From NCBI RefSeq assembly GCF_004010195.1, contig NC_057720.1, forward strand, positions 34,716,453 through 34,780,452: DNA of 64,000 nucleotides, in the 5' to 3' direction. Source of the DNA: Chiloscyllium plagiosum. Its lineage: Eukaryota. The notes under the pieces were generated by a model. It was not told the origin of the DNA. It searched no databases and saw only the letters and a list, made by a program, of their open reading frames with translations. Of the stretch, positions 52,129 to 63,900 are shown piece by piece (position 1 is the first letter of the stretch; each line of letters starts with the position of its first letter). Both the position numbers and the translations under genes were made by a program.

Positions 52129-54117
52129 AACATCTTTGAACAGGCAAGTAGCTGCATTTTCTTCCTGTAAAATCAAGACAAAGATTTTACAAAAATGTTC
52201 ATTGGATGTGGCAATCCCCAGAGGGCAGTTAAGCATCCACATTGCTATGGACCTGGTGTCACATGTAGGCTAGTTCAGCTTTCTATCCCTGAAAGCTACT
52301 AGTGGACCAGATGGGTTTTTATTCCAATCAATAATGGTTACCAGTTCATTTCAGACCTTTATTAGCTTCAAACTTCATTATCTACCATGATGGGATTTGA
52401 ACCCATGTCCCTAAGGACATAAACCTGTGTTATCAATAACTAGCGCCAGTGACATTACTGTTATGTCACCAACTCCCTAATTGCTATACACTAATGATAG
52501 TTTAATAACATTACAGATCTGAGAAGTCCTGTGATCCTCTCAAAGTAGTGGAAAAACAATGGGGATTATTTTATGGTAAGCACACAGAGCCTGCAATGGT
52601 ATAAGAGAGACAGGGCACTCAAAAGCTTCATCAAGCAGAAAGATACTTGACCAAAGGTAGGGGAGAAAAGCTGAATTTATCTGAGGAAACCTCAAGAAAG
52701 TCTTCAGATAGGGTCAGTCCTGAGAAACATTCACCCTCCTTGAATACAACTCAAAGGTGTTGTATATTTGACTAACATTTTGACTAGCATGGATTCAGGT
52801 TGCACCCTTGCCAGTATTGCTGGTATGGCATCCCACAATGGGAATTTCTGGGTTCCATTCTTTCAATTTGCACACTGAATAAAATCAAGATTACCTTTGT
52901 ACAATTGCGTACCACACGTCAAATGCTCAGGAAGTCTTAAATGTTATCTTAAAGTATTTTGAATTCAATTTAAATGAACATGCTTGTCTTATCAAACAAA
53001 CTGAATTTGTTTCATAAGTATTTCCCTATGCAGCAATCAAAGCTGATTTATTTTGTTCCATTGAGTACATAGTATTTCAATGACCTGTATGCCAACTAAA
53101 TAAGAATCTTCGTTCATTATTGTCAGACTGGCAGGTATATCTTGACCCAAGATCATCACTTAGATTTTAGTTTTTAAGATACTCTGACACATGTGCTGCT
53201 CTTCATTTCTGGGCCTTCATGTGTTTTTGAGATGTAATTTGCACTAAATCAAGTATAAATTATGAAAGATAAATAAGCACAATTGTAAATTGCATTAAAC
53301 ACTTAACATTCCTTTAAATCACTTATACAGTCACTTGTGAGACCACAGGAAATTGGAAAATTATAAGTAGTGTTCTCACAATTTCCAAAATCCCAGGTAG
53401 GAGGTGAGGTGCCCCACAATATGAGCATGACTGCCAAAGTCTAAAATATCAAATAATTTTCAAAAAATGCTAAATCTTCTTTTAGTTTCCCTTATTATAA
53501 ATATCTATTGTAAATATATTTCATGTTTGTGACAAGGGCAGTTAAAACAGTTCAAGAAGCATGGCAACTTATATGCATTTTTACTATATTTTCATAAATG
53601 CATGTAATAATATAAACTACTATATTATACACTATTTGTTAATGTCTTATACACTTCATGCATCCCAGGAATACAAGTAAGTACTGTCTAAATGAGCTCT
53701 GTATCTCAGTACTCAGTTTTCTACTTTAATCAATATAAATAAATAATGGCCTTCCTCCAACCTGAATATATAAATCCGATATCAAATGCAGTAGTGCTCT
53801 GTCTAATCAACTAGCCAGTGAGAGCTTACTGCCCAAAATTCAACTGTTACCTACTGACAACATAGGCCTGATTCCAATTAGAGACTCTAGTTATAATGCC
53901 CAAGTAATTCGATTCTTGCATTGAATCATCCCTTCCCCACTGCCCCAACTTCACTGGCCAAGGAGGGAGGAAAAGGGCAATAATGGTAAGCACTAGAAAT
54001 CTTCCTAGTTTTCTGTCTAATATTTACCTGTCAGTAAGCATTACTAAAATAGGTTATCTGGCTATAAGTGCACTACTATTTTAGAGAATCTGCGATGTCT
54101 CTTATCTTATAATAATG

Positions 54118-54330
54118 TTGAAGAATATGGTGTTGGAAAAGCACAACCAGTCAGGCAGCATATGACGAGCAGGAGAGTCGACATTTCGGGCATAAGCCCT
54201 TCATCAGGAAAGAGGCTTATGCCTGAAACATCAACTCTCCTGCTCCTCGGATGCTGCCTGATCGGTTGTGTTTTTCCAGCACCACATTCTTTGACACTGA
54301 TCTCCAGCATCTGCAATCCTCACTAACTCC
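54118..54330. mobile_element. Palindromic PLE mini-element (family A)
   Basis: Arms fold around CATCAGGAAAG near 54202-54212; minus ttcCTGATGAagggcttatgcccGAAAtGTCgact. Confidence 0.85.
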
Positions 54331-55529
54331 TAATGTCCTCATTTCAACAAAAAAATTTCTAGGATGTCTTGAGAGTGTGAAAGGCACTATGCAAATGTAG
54401 GTCTTTCTTTTCTGATAATCTCATGCGTGCTTCTACAGTACAAACCTTTGGAGTGAGGTAACACACTATCAGACATTTCAGGGCAGCTTGCTGATGTTGT
54501 TCTTATAGATATTGAATGGTGTTGATATGCAGTGTGTATGTAAAGAGGCGAACCTGTTGTTTTAAATGTCAGAAGGGAGGAGAATTCAAACTGAAAGTTT
54601 GGAACAATTCACTGTATAATATCTCTTTCTGGTAGAGGGGGTGTGGAAGGATTGTGGTGTTGGGCAGAATATAGCACAATAACAGAAATTGGAAAATGAC
54701 ACATAGCAGAGAAAGAACTCTGAAAAAGGAGAAAGGAGAAAGAAAAAATATCAATTAAATTACACTTTTTTAGGAATTGAATTTCTGCTAAGCTGGAAAG
54801 AACATATAAATTAGATTTTAAAATGTGTAATTGTAAGATAAGTAAAAGCATGGTGCCAGTGCAAAGAAAATGGCATGTAAATGGAAAATAACCAGTGGCA
54901 ATTAGTTTTAATTAAATTCTCTGAAATTGGTCTGATTCCACTACTGAATTTCCTTTTCCAATTTTCATGCCACTTGCATTCAGACCTTGGGGATTTCCTC
55001 AATACGTGCCACAGAACATGCTGGGCCCACTTGAACTGATGCCATGCACCTTTCAGTGACCAGTAGCAAATGGGCAGAACAAACTGCCTGTCAGATTAAA
55101 TAAGTGATGGACATTGGATGCTTACAAGACTTTTGGCATTTATGTAAACAGTCAACAATCCACAAGAATGTAATGATTCAGCGTTGTTGCCAATAGACTC
55201 AAAGATGTAGTTCAGGAGAAATAAGCAGCATGTTTGTCAGTGGTTTGTTAATGCAACCTAAGTTTTACATCTGATTTGTATGTTGGAGCAAGCAAGCAGG
55301 ATAATGACCTACAGTAATAACTTTCAGCTGAAGTTTTTAAAGGGACCATGCAAGCAGAGAGGAGTAAGGCTGTGGTGTAATACTCCTGAATGCAGTGCAG
55401 CAAGAAGTTTGATGTCCTAGTTTTAGTTTTTGAAGCTTTCAGGTCAGGAGAGTTTGGAAAGAAATCTTCAAGTTATTAGAAATGAAAGTCTTTATAAATG
55501 TGTATATAGTCAATAAATGTGGAGCTGGA

Positions 55530-56503
55530 GAATCACAGCAGACCCAGACAGCATCCAAGAAGCAGGAAGATGCTGTGGCTTTAGAAAGTTATTTTGTCCT
55601 GATTGTTTTTTGAAGAGAAGTTGTAAGGCAGAGGTGACGAGCAGTCGGGGGTAATGTAAACAGCTGGGAAGGCCTTGGGTCATTTTTTTAATGGAGCCTA
55701 AATGGGTGTGGCCAGCTCTCACAGATCAGGGTTTTGGTTTATTCAGAACATCAGAAACAGAGTTGGAAGCTTCGGTGAATATCTCATGAGTGCTGCTCTC
55801 TGAACTTTCTCTTGATGTTTTGTCCCTCCTGAATGAGAGAACTACATGTGAGAATCTGTGTCTGAATTTTCCTTTTGCCAAGAGATATGTTTATGGGATG
55901 CTACTATATTGTAACAGTTCATTAGTAATATTACTGTATCAATTATTTAGTGAAGATTTCCAACAAAGTTAAATTAGATTACTTACTTCCTTAGGTTAGA
56001 TTATTTACTTACTTACAGTGTGGAAACAGGCCCTTCGGCCCAACGAGTCCACACCGACCCACCGAAGCGCAACCCACCCAGACTCATTCCCTTACATTTA
56101 CCCCTTCACCTAACACTACGGGCAATTTAGCATGGCCAATTCACCTAACCTGCACATTTTTGGACTGTGGGAGGAAACCGGAGCACCTGGAGGAAACCCA
56201 CGCAGACACGGGGAGAATGTGCAAACTCCACACAGTCAGTCACCCCGAGGCGGGTCTCTGGTGCTGTGAGGCAGCAGTGCTAACCACTGTGCCACCGTGC
56301 TGCCCAGTTTTCTGAATTCATCTTTCTTTGTTTGCATTTTAACTATATTGTCTAAGTAGATTGTGTTTTGCTTTATGTCAAGTGGTTTGACCAGTCGCAT
56401 TGAACTGGAACATAACACATCCCATCTGTTATTAAAATAAGCAAAGGTTAGGGTCTAGGCTACCTTTTTAAAGTATTTTGAGGGGTCTGGTCTGGTCCAT
56501 AAG
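55530..56503 (+). mobile_element. Possible LTR-type remnant interrupted by a SINE
   Basis: AATAAA-free but LTR-like composition ending GGTCTGGTCCATAAGA; boundaries uncertain. Confidence 0.3.
55975..56304 (-). mobile_element. Young HE1/V-SINE-type SINE
   Basis: Near-identical to 9532-9853, with B-box deletion and stuttered tail. Confidence 0.9.
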
Positions 56504-56537
56504 AATCTATACATATATTTTGGCCAGCCACCTATAA

Positions 56538-56712
56538 AACCATAAGATATAGAAACAGAATTAGGCCATTTAGCCCATCAAGTCTGCTCCACCATTTGAT
56601 CATGGCTGATATGTTTCTTAAGTCCATTCTCCTGCCATCTCCCTCTAACCCTCGATCCCTTATTAATCAAGAATCTATCAATTTCTATCTTAAATACACT
56701 CAATGCCTTGAT
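56538..56712 (-). mobile_element. CR1 (second family) 3' tail
   Basis: CCATAAGATATAG...GGCCATT..GCCCATC..TCTGCTCC. Confidence 0.8.
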
Positions 56713-56717
56713 TTACG

Positions 56718-56762
56718 CATATATATATACAAAAATATATATATATATATATAAAATATATT
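56718..56762. repeat. (TA)n microsatellite
   Basis: Interrupted TA dinucleotide run. Confidence 0.9.
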
Positions 56763-57238
56763 AATGTGTTAACACGGTTGGAGCTTACTGTCAGGAATGT
56801 CCTTATGATTTGGATAAAGGAATTCTTTGTAACTGTTTCTCATGACAGATGTCTTGAATGAGGTCACTGGATCAATCCTTTTTAACACAAATGAACCAGG
56901 TCAAAGTATTTTATTTTGTGAAGCTTCCAAACCAGCAGAGTATGGGTAGAATCTTGGGTAGAAGTGTTATTAGAACTGCAAAAATGTAAGCAATCAGAAT
57001 TATGAAAGGTTCAGTGCACTAGGAAAGGAATTGTAAAATTCACTCCACATCTAAGGAAAATAAACTGGGGGGAGTCAATTAAATAAAAGCTTTAAGAGCT
57101 AAAGTCAGAGCGAAATTTCCCTCATCTGTGAACAAACGGTATTGAAAACCGGTTGAAACATGCTGTTTTTGTTTAGTTCTTCAAGCCTGTAGTTTTCCAA
57201 AAATCCCACTACACAAATGCAAAAATCAAACTTATGAT

Positions 57239-57309
57239 TGCTGTGGTCTTCCAGCACCACTGATCCAGAATCTGGTTTCCAGCATCTGCAGTTATTGTTT
57301 TTACCACCT
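57239..57309 (+). mobile_element. Very short PLE terminal insertion (family A)
   Basis: TTCCAGCACCAC..AATCTGGTTTCCAGCATCTGCAG; TTATGAT on both sides. Confidence 0.7.
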
Positions 57310-57614
57310 TTATGATCTGTCAACCCAAGTTTCATTCTGGAATCTTAATATCCCAAACATTTCATAGGTTCTATCATCAAATGACCAGTTAGTTGAAAAT
57401 GAAAGTGTTCTGAAACATATTATATTTTTTTCACAATCCAGGCCAGATGTAGCAGGACAAAGCTTTATCCCAACAGCAAGAGAAATTTTCAATACGGTGG
57501 GTCCCCAATTTATGAAAATCCAACTTATAAATGCTTGTACTAAAGAATGCATTCCCATAAAGGGATGTAATTTCAAAAACACAACATCAAAACATTTCCT
57601 GTACTGTTTATTTG

Positions 57615-58417
57615 AAGAGGGCTAGAATAAAAGAACAGTGATGTACTGCTGAGGCTCTCTAAGACTCTGGTCTGATTACATTTGGAATATTGTGAGCAGA
57701 TTTGGGTACTGTATCGAAGGAAGGACGTGCTGGCTATGGAGAGGGTTCAGAGGAGATTTAAAAGAATGATTCCCAGGGATGAAGGGTTTTCAAATGAGGG
57801 CCGCTTGAGGACTCTGGGTCTGGACTCACTGGAGTTTAGAAGACTGATGGGGGGAATCACTTTGAAATTTACAGAATACTGAAGATGATGTTTCCATGCG
57901 TAGAAAGTACTCAGACCCGAGGGCACAGCCTCAGAGTAAAGGGACAAAAGTTTAGAACTGAGATGAGGAGGAATTTCTTCAGCCAAATGGTGGTGAATCT
58001 GTGGAACTCATCGCCACTAAAGGCTCTATAGATCAAGTTAAAAATCACACAACACCAGGTTATAGTCCAACAGGTTTATTTGGAAGTACAAGCTTTCAGA
58101 GTGCTGCTCCTTCATCAGCTAGCTAGCTAAAAAGCTTTGTATTTCCAAATAAACCTGTTGGAGTATTACCTGGTGTTGTGTGATTTTTAACTTTGTCCAC
58201 CCCAGTCCAACACCGTCACCTCCACATCATGTGTAAATTAAGGCATTGAGTGTATTTAAGATAGAAATGGACATATTCTTGATTAATAAGAGGATCAATG
58301 GTTACAGGGAGATGGCAGGTGAATGGACTTAAGAAACATATCAGCCATGATCAAATGGCAGAGCAGACTCGATGGGCTGAATGGCCTAATGCTGTTCCTA
58401 TATCTTGTGGTCTTATA
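57615..58417 (+). mobile_element. CR1 (second family) 3' fragment with nested palindromic element
   Basis: LEYCEQIW...ERVQRRFKRMIP; tail TCTTGTGGTCTTA. Confidence 0.88.
58035..58232. mobile_element. Palindromic PLE mini-element (family C) with intact minus-strand hammerhead core
   Basis: Arms AAGTTAAAAATCACACAACACCAGGT / ACCTGGTGTTGTGTGATTTTTAACTT; minus CTGATGA-a-ggag-cagca-ctct-GAAA-gCTT at 58091-58118. Confidence 0.88.
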
Positions 58418-58967
58418 GGCGGTTGGTCAGAAATTTTGGGAGGTCCAAAAATAGACCCAACTGGAAGCCCAACAGACAAAGGTGGAGAGATGCACCAAAA
58501 AAAGAGGGACAGAATTTGTGGGCATACTCAGAAGGCCTCAGTACTCCTGCTCTTTTTGGTCATGTACAGCATTCCCCAAAATTAATCCAGATCATTTTTG
58601 GAGTTGTTTTCAGAGGTACTTGTGAGTGGTACTTAACATGTGACAAGTGGACAGAGGATGGGTGGTGCATGTCTGTCTGTTTGAAGTTAGTCCTAAGTCA
58701 ATGCAGCTCTTCAGTTTCGGAACAGAATCAGCCTCCTCCTGGGTTTGGGTGAATTAGCTGGATAGCAATATTTGGGCTCACTTGAAATTAGTGAATTTTA
58801 GGTATTTTTAGATCAACCTGCTCAATCGAGTTAAAACACATAGCTCGAACAAGTGGGACATGAATTGGTACATTCCTGACCTCATGATCAGAATACTACC
58901 ACTGCAGCAGAAGGGCCCCACAAGTAAATGTTATGTTGGGAACCTATGGTAAATCTAAACTCTCAAG

Positions 58968-59065
58968 CAAACACAGAAAATGCTGGAGAAACTCAGCAAA
59001 TGCAGCATCAATGGAGAGAGAAACAGAGTTAACATTTCATGTTAATATGAATCTTCTTCAGAATT
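58968..59065 (-). mobile_element. PLE terminal fragment (family E)
   Basis: GCTGGAGAAACTCAGC..GAGAGAGAAACAGAGTTAACATTTC..TCTTCTTCAGAA. Confidence 0.7.
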
Positions 59066-59756
59066 GGCAGCAGTCACCAAATCCTGGAATGGGCTTCCTC
59101 TCACCTCAGAGGCAGGGAATAACTGTCAGTGCTTGCTGTACCTGTTTTATTTTTAAGAAAATTATTTATTTTGCACTTATCACACTTGTCAAATATGTAT
59201 TACTATTTAAAAATTAAATAAATATACTGAATACTTGAATCTGTTATCCTGGCCTATGACAACATATGCAAGCAAACAGAGGGTTGAGTAATGAAGCACC
59301 ATATTAAAGTAATTCAGTGGACTACTTACTGAAAAGAAGGCACTTAGATCCTCAGATATTAACTCTATTAAGAAATAATTTCAGAAAGTGTACTGCATTT
59401 GGAGAAGTGGCCTGATTACATATGGATTATATAGATTGTAAGTGTACACTTTAATATGTTCTTTGATTGAATTACCTTTCAGATGAGGTCACAGGTGCAT
59501 TGTATGAAAATAAGGAAACATATGACAAAAAAAGTTATAGTATTTAAATGATGAGAAAATATTCTAATAATATCTTACATAACCTTTACACTAAGCCCAT
59601 CATGCTTCTCAATCAAACCCTGACAATTGGCTATCTAGGATTGGGAGGTAGTTGGTTCTACTTAAGAGGCCAGGAAGAAGATTCATTCAGCAGTTCCTAA
59701 TAAACCTGGGATCTATTTTCTTATATTTTCTTTCTTTGTTTTTCTGTTCCATACAG

Positions 59757-59922
59757 ATTCATATGGATGTGTTTTTTTGTATTTTTGTTTTTAAATCTTG
59801 TGTTTCTTTTGGCTTCAAATGTCTAGACTGGCACAAGTACGTTTCACTGTCGGACTGTGCTTGAAAAAATAGTGACACCATTGATGGAACTGCAGATAGT
59901 AATGTGCGTGCCACCTACCAGT
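59757..59922 (+). pseudogene. Candidate terminal exon: transmembrane helix, in-frame TAG, then KASH-like peptide (LRMP/IRAG2-like)
   Basis: Long polypyrimidine tract plus cag; frame reads (K)FIWMCFFVFLFLNLVFLLASNV*TGTSTFHCRTVLEKIVTPLMELQIVMCVPPT; TAG at 59824-59826. Confidence 0.45.
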
Positions 59923-60364
59923 ATCTACACACCTAAATCTGCAGACAGAGTGAACGTGTGTCATTTTGGTCAAGGATTAATCATGCTGAGACTCAAAGCA
60001 AGTTGTGACAACAGGCGTGTTGGAACAGATTCATTTGATTAATCATTAAAGTAAAAAAACTTCTATTTATAAGATGTCATTCATGTTTTTAATATATCCA
60101 AAAGTGTCAGATGAATTACTGTCAAAGTGTACCCACTTGTGAAGTATAGAAAATAAAACAGCCATTTTTGCACAATGAGGTCTCCCCAGAAATGATTTTT
60201 TTTTAAATGGCCAGTTCACTGGTTTTGGCAGGATTATTTAAGAGGGATAGCAGGACACTCCTTTTGCTGCTCTTCACATCATGTCATGGGGTCTTTCACT
60301 TCCACCTAAACAACTAAAAAGGCAGCCAGATTGGATCTTGCCTTCACATCTCATGTATTGAATG

Positions 60365-60978
60365 GCAACCTGGTCCACCCATATGGACACAATGGTCAAG
60401 AAAGCACAACAATATCTCTACTTCGTCAGGAGGCTAAGGAAATTTGGCATGTCCACAAGGACTCTTACAATTTTTATAGACGCACCACAGAAAACATTCT
60501 ATCTGGAAGCATCACAGCATCTGCTCTTCCCGAGACTGCAAGAAACTACAGAGAGTTGTGAACACAGCCAGTCCATCACAAAAACCAGCCTTCCATCCAT
60601 TGATTTCATCTATACTTCCTGCTGCCTAAGAAAAGCAATCAACATAATCAAAGACTCCCCCATCCCAGTTATACTCTCTTCCACCCCCTCCACTGGGCAG
60701 AAGATATAAGAGTTTGTACATATGAATCGATAGATTCAAAAACATCTTCTACTCTGTTGTTATTAGACTTCTGAATGGATGTCTCAAATTTTATCTTTGA
60801 TGTTGATCTCGCTCTTGTGCACCTTCTCTGCAGCTCTCACCTTGTATTCTTTGCTCTGTCCTTTACCCTTACGCACTTTGTATGGGATGATCTGTCTGTA
60901 TTACAAGCAAAACAAAAGTTTTCACTGTACCTTGGAAAATGTGACAATAATAAATCAAATCAAATTAAATCAAATCAA
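60365..60978 (+). mobile_element. Rex1/Babar LINE 3' fragment
   Basis: TWSTHMDTMVKKAQQYLYFVRRLRKFGMSTRTLT; AATAAA plus (AAATC)n tail. Confidence 0.85.
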
Positions 60979-61058
60979 CTCAACTCTGATAATACAGCAC
61001 TTATTCAGTACAGCACCAAAATATCGTCCTTGACCAGTACTGGTAAACCTTCAGTTGG

Positions 61059-61267
61059 AGACAAAAAAATTGCAGATGTTGGTTTCCAGGGTAGACGGGC
61101 AGAAGACTGGAAGAACACAGCAAGCCAGGCTGCATCAAGAGGCTGGATAAGTCAATATTTTGGTTGTAATCTTTCTTTAGTCCTGAAGCATGGTTACACC
61201 CAAAATGTCCACTTCTCCATCTCCTGATGCTGCCTGGCTTGCTGTTTTCTTCCAGCCTCCTGCTTGA
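61059..61267. mobile_element. Palindromic PLE mini-element (family D) with 14-bp TSD
   Basis: AAACCTTCAGTTGG 61045-61058 / AAACCTTCGGTTGG 61268-61281; agtcCTGAAGcatggttacacccAAAAtGTC near 61179-61209. Confidence 0.82.
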
Positions 61268-61789
61268 AAACCTTCGGTTGGCAATTGAGTTGATGACTGT
61301 AAGAGTCAAAACATTGTGCTTTACCCCTGAACAGAGCTAAGATTTTGCTAAATTACTCTTCAGAAGCAGTTCAATCATACCAGGCCAAGCCTCATGTGAC
61401 ACTATACAATGGTAAGCACATTACAGTGATTATCAGCCTGCAATGTTTAATTGACCAAGGCATTGCCCTACCTACTTGGCACTGACTGTGGGGCAAAGTC
61501 TTTGTAGCTTTCCAAATCAGTTGCAGAACATAACTGCTTTATCTCTGTGCTTGAAAACAATACTCTTGCGTGCACAATGAGATATTGGTCGAAAGTATCT
61601 TAAGCTGTAGATGTCTGCACATTAATTATCCTTAAGGCTGCTATCTCCTCATGTCTAAGAAAGGCTCTTCAACGCCTTATGTACCGTAACACTCCTTTAT
61701 TTACATCTGTACATGGTAGGTTATCAAATACTGCTCTCTATGTATTGTGTAAGACCTCTCTCTTCATATGCTCATTCTGTACCAGTGTG

Positions 61790-62450
61790 TAGAGTCGTAG
61801 AGTCATAGAGTCACACAGCATGGAAACAGACCCTTTCTTCCAATTGGTCCATGTCAATCAGGTATCTCAAACTTAAGTAGTCACATTTGCCTGTGTTTGG
61901 TCCATATCTCTCTAAATCTTTCCTATTCGTGTGCCTGTCCAAATATCTTTCAAATGTTGTCATTGTACTCATTTCTACCACATCCTCTAGCAGTTCATTC
62001 CATTTATGCACCACCCTCTGTGTGAAAAAGTTACCTATCAGTTCCCTTTTAAATCTTTCTTCTCTCACTTGAACCTATGCCCTGTAGTTGTGGAATCCCC
62101 TACCCCCAAAAAAGATTTTGACTATTCACTTTATGCCCTCGTGATTTTATAAAACTCTATAAGCTCGCACCCCCCCCCTCCCGCCAACCTCCAACGCTCC
62201 AAGGAAAAATGTCCCAGGCTATCCAGCCTCTCCTTATAACCTAAACCCTCCAGTCATGGCAACATATTTGTAAATTTTTTCTGTCCTCTTTCTAGTTTAA
62301 CAACATCCTTCCTATTGCAAGGCAACCAGAATTCTACAAAATATTCCAAAAGGGTCCTCACCAACATCCTGTACAGCCGCAACATGACATCTTAACTCCT
62401 GTACTCAGTGCTTTGACTAATGAAGGCAAGTGTGCCAAATGCCTTCTTCA
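61790..62450 (-). mobile_element. CR1 3' fragment
   Basis: GNFFTQRVVHKWNEL; tail complement GAGTCATAGAGTC. Confidence 0.9.
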
Positions 62451-62844
62451 TAGTGTCTTCCCTCTTACTACCGTTAAAGTCATGTGATCAGTTACATCAT
62501 TAGGATTTACAGGAATCTCATTATACCACTAATACTATTTACTGCAAAGAGATTTATGAGTAACATGTAATATATAATTTGGACAACACTGCTATTTAAT
62601 CTAGTTCAGTCATACACAGGAAAGCCAACTGTGCCAACTTGGTAGTACTTCTTCTAAATAACTGACTGCATCAAGAGTCTGCTATTATTTTCTGATGTTT
62701 CTTGAGTCTATGATATCTGTCATTTGGATTTTGAAGATTTATTTGTTGTTGAAAGATAATAGAATAATTCTTCAAAGCCTGTGAAATCTATAGTATTTCC
62801 TGATCTGTCAATCAGGAAGAGTTGTCACATAGCAACATAATTAT

Positions 62845-62980
62845 AGTCATAGAGTCATAGAGATGTACAGCATGGAAACAGACCCTTCGGTCCAACCCAT
62901 CCATGCCGGTCAGATATGGCCCATATTCCTCCAAACCCTTCCTATTCATATACCCATCCAACTGCCTCTTAAATGTTGCA
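62845..62980 (-). mobile_element. CR1 3' tail with internal deletion
   Basis: (GTCATAGA)n GATGTACAGCATGGAAACAGACCC. Confidence 0.88.
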
Positions 62981-63900
62981 TATTTTCTCTTGAGTTCAGG
63001 GAACTTTTGTCTGAGGTCTAAGAAGGCTTCCTCCTGTTATATCAAGACGTGCTGATCACTGCTGCGTGGCTTCTAAGCTCTTCAATCTCATAAAAATATT
63101 TAAGAGCAAGAAGTGCTTTTCTCTCATTATTGAGAAGTGTTAGTTTTCAATCACCTCTTCCACATTGTTTTAGTCACTGTATTTTAAGACTTTGTTTAGT
63201 ATTTCTTTGATTTTGAATGGTGTTCTACCTGCACCATACAATTCTCTGTCTGAATGTTGTCGTTTCATTCTTTTCAACATAGGGGTGCTTTCAGATAATA
63301 CAATAACACTTTTTCAGTGTCAAGTTTGAGTGAGCTGTATGACCATTAACCGATTTCTTCCTGTCATGTCTTGTTCAGATGAGTTACCCAGTCTCTGTAG
63401 GAATGTTTGGGTTGCATCTTTGAGAGTTTATTTATCATCTTATAGGGATATATGTTATAATGGAGGCATGTCTTGGTAGTCTGAGATTTGTTTCCAAAAG
63501 ATGCTTGCTGAAAAGTGAATCTGTTTGCGCAAGTAAGCATTATCAGTTTTGTGGCTCAAACGTTGTTTTGACTTTTATGCATTCTCTGGAATTGTTCCAC
63601 TTTCTGACAATAGACACATTGGTATGATAAAGCTGGACATTGTTTCTGTTTGTTTGATTTTTTTAACTGCACATCTAGAGCAGTAACATCAATGGTTTTG
63701 AAGATTCTTTTTGTTTTGACTATCATACAATGCTTTTGTATTTTAATACCCTAGAAAATTGATGACATTTGCTGATATTCTTGAGCTAGATGACTTTCTG
63801 TTCCTGTCACGCTCTTGAGCTGTTTTCAGATTTCAGCTTCTACCACCATTGGATCGCTTACTTCAGTCTGAGACCTTTTTGATTGCAATATCTCTGAAAG
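62981..63900 (-). mobile_element. Fossil Ty3/Gypsy gag-protease remnant
   Basis: Minus translation across stops and shifts: QCPALSYQCVYCQK (zinc knuckle), LKLDT..VIVLSES (aspartic protease), LYGAGRTPFKIK, QKFPEL. Confidence 0.65.

Noticed and set aside
54570..54750. Strong minus-strand acceptor near 54720
   Set aside because: No matching donor or recognisable peptide.
60775..61227. 150-aa ORF
   Set aside because: Runs through the Rex1 3' UTR, a microsatellite tail and a PLE palindrome.
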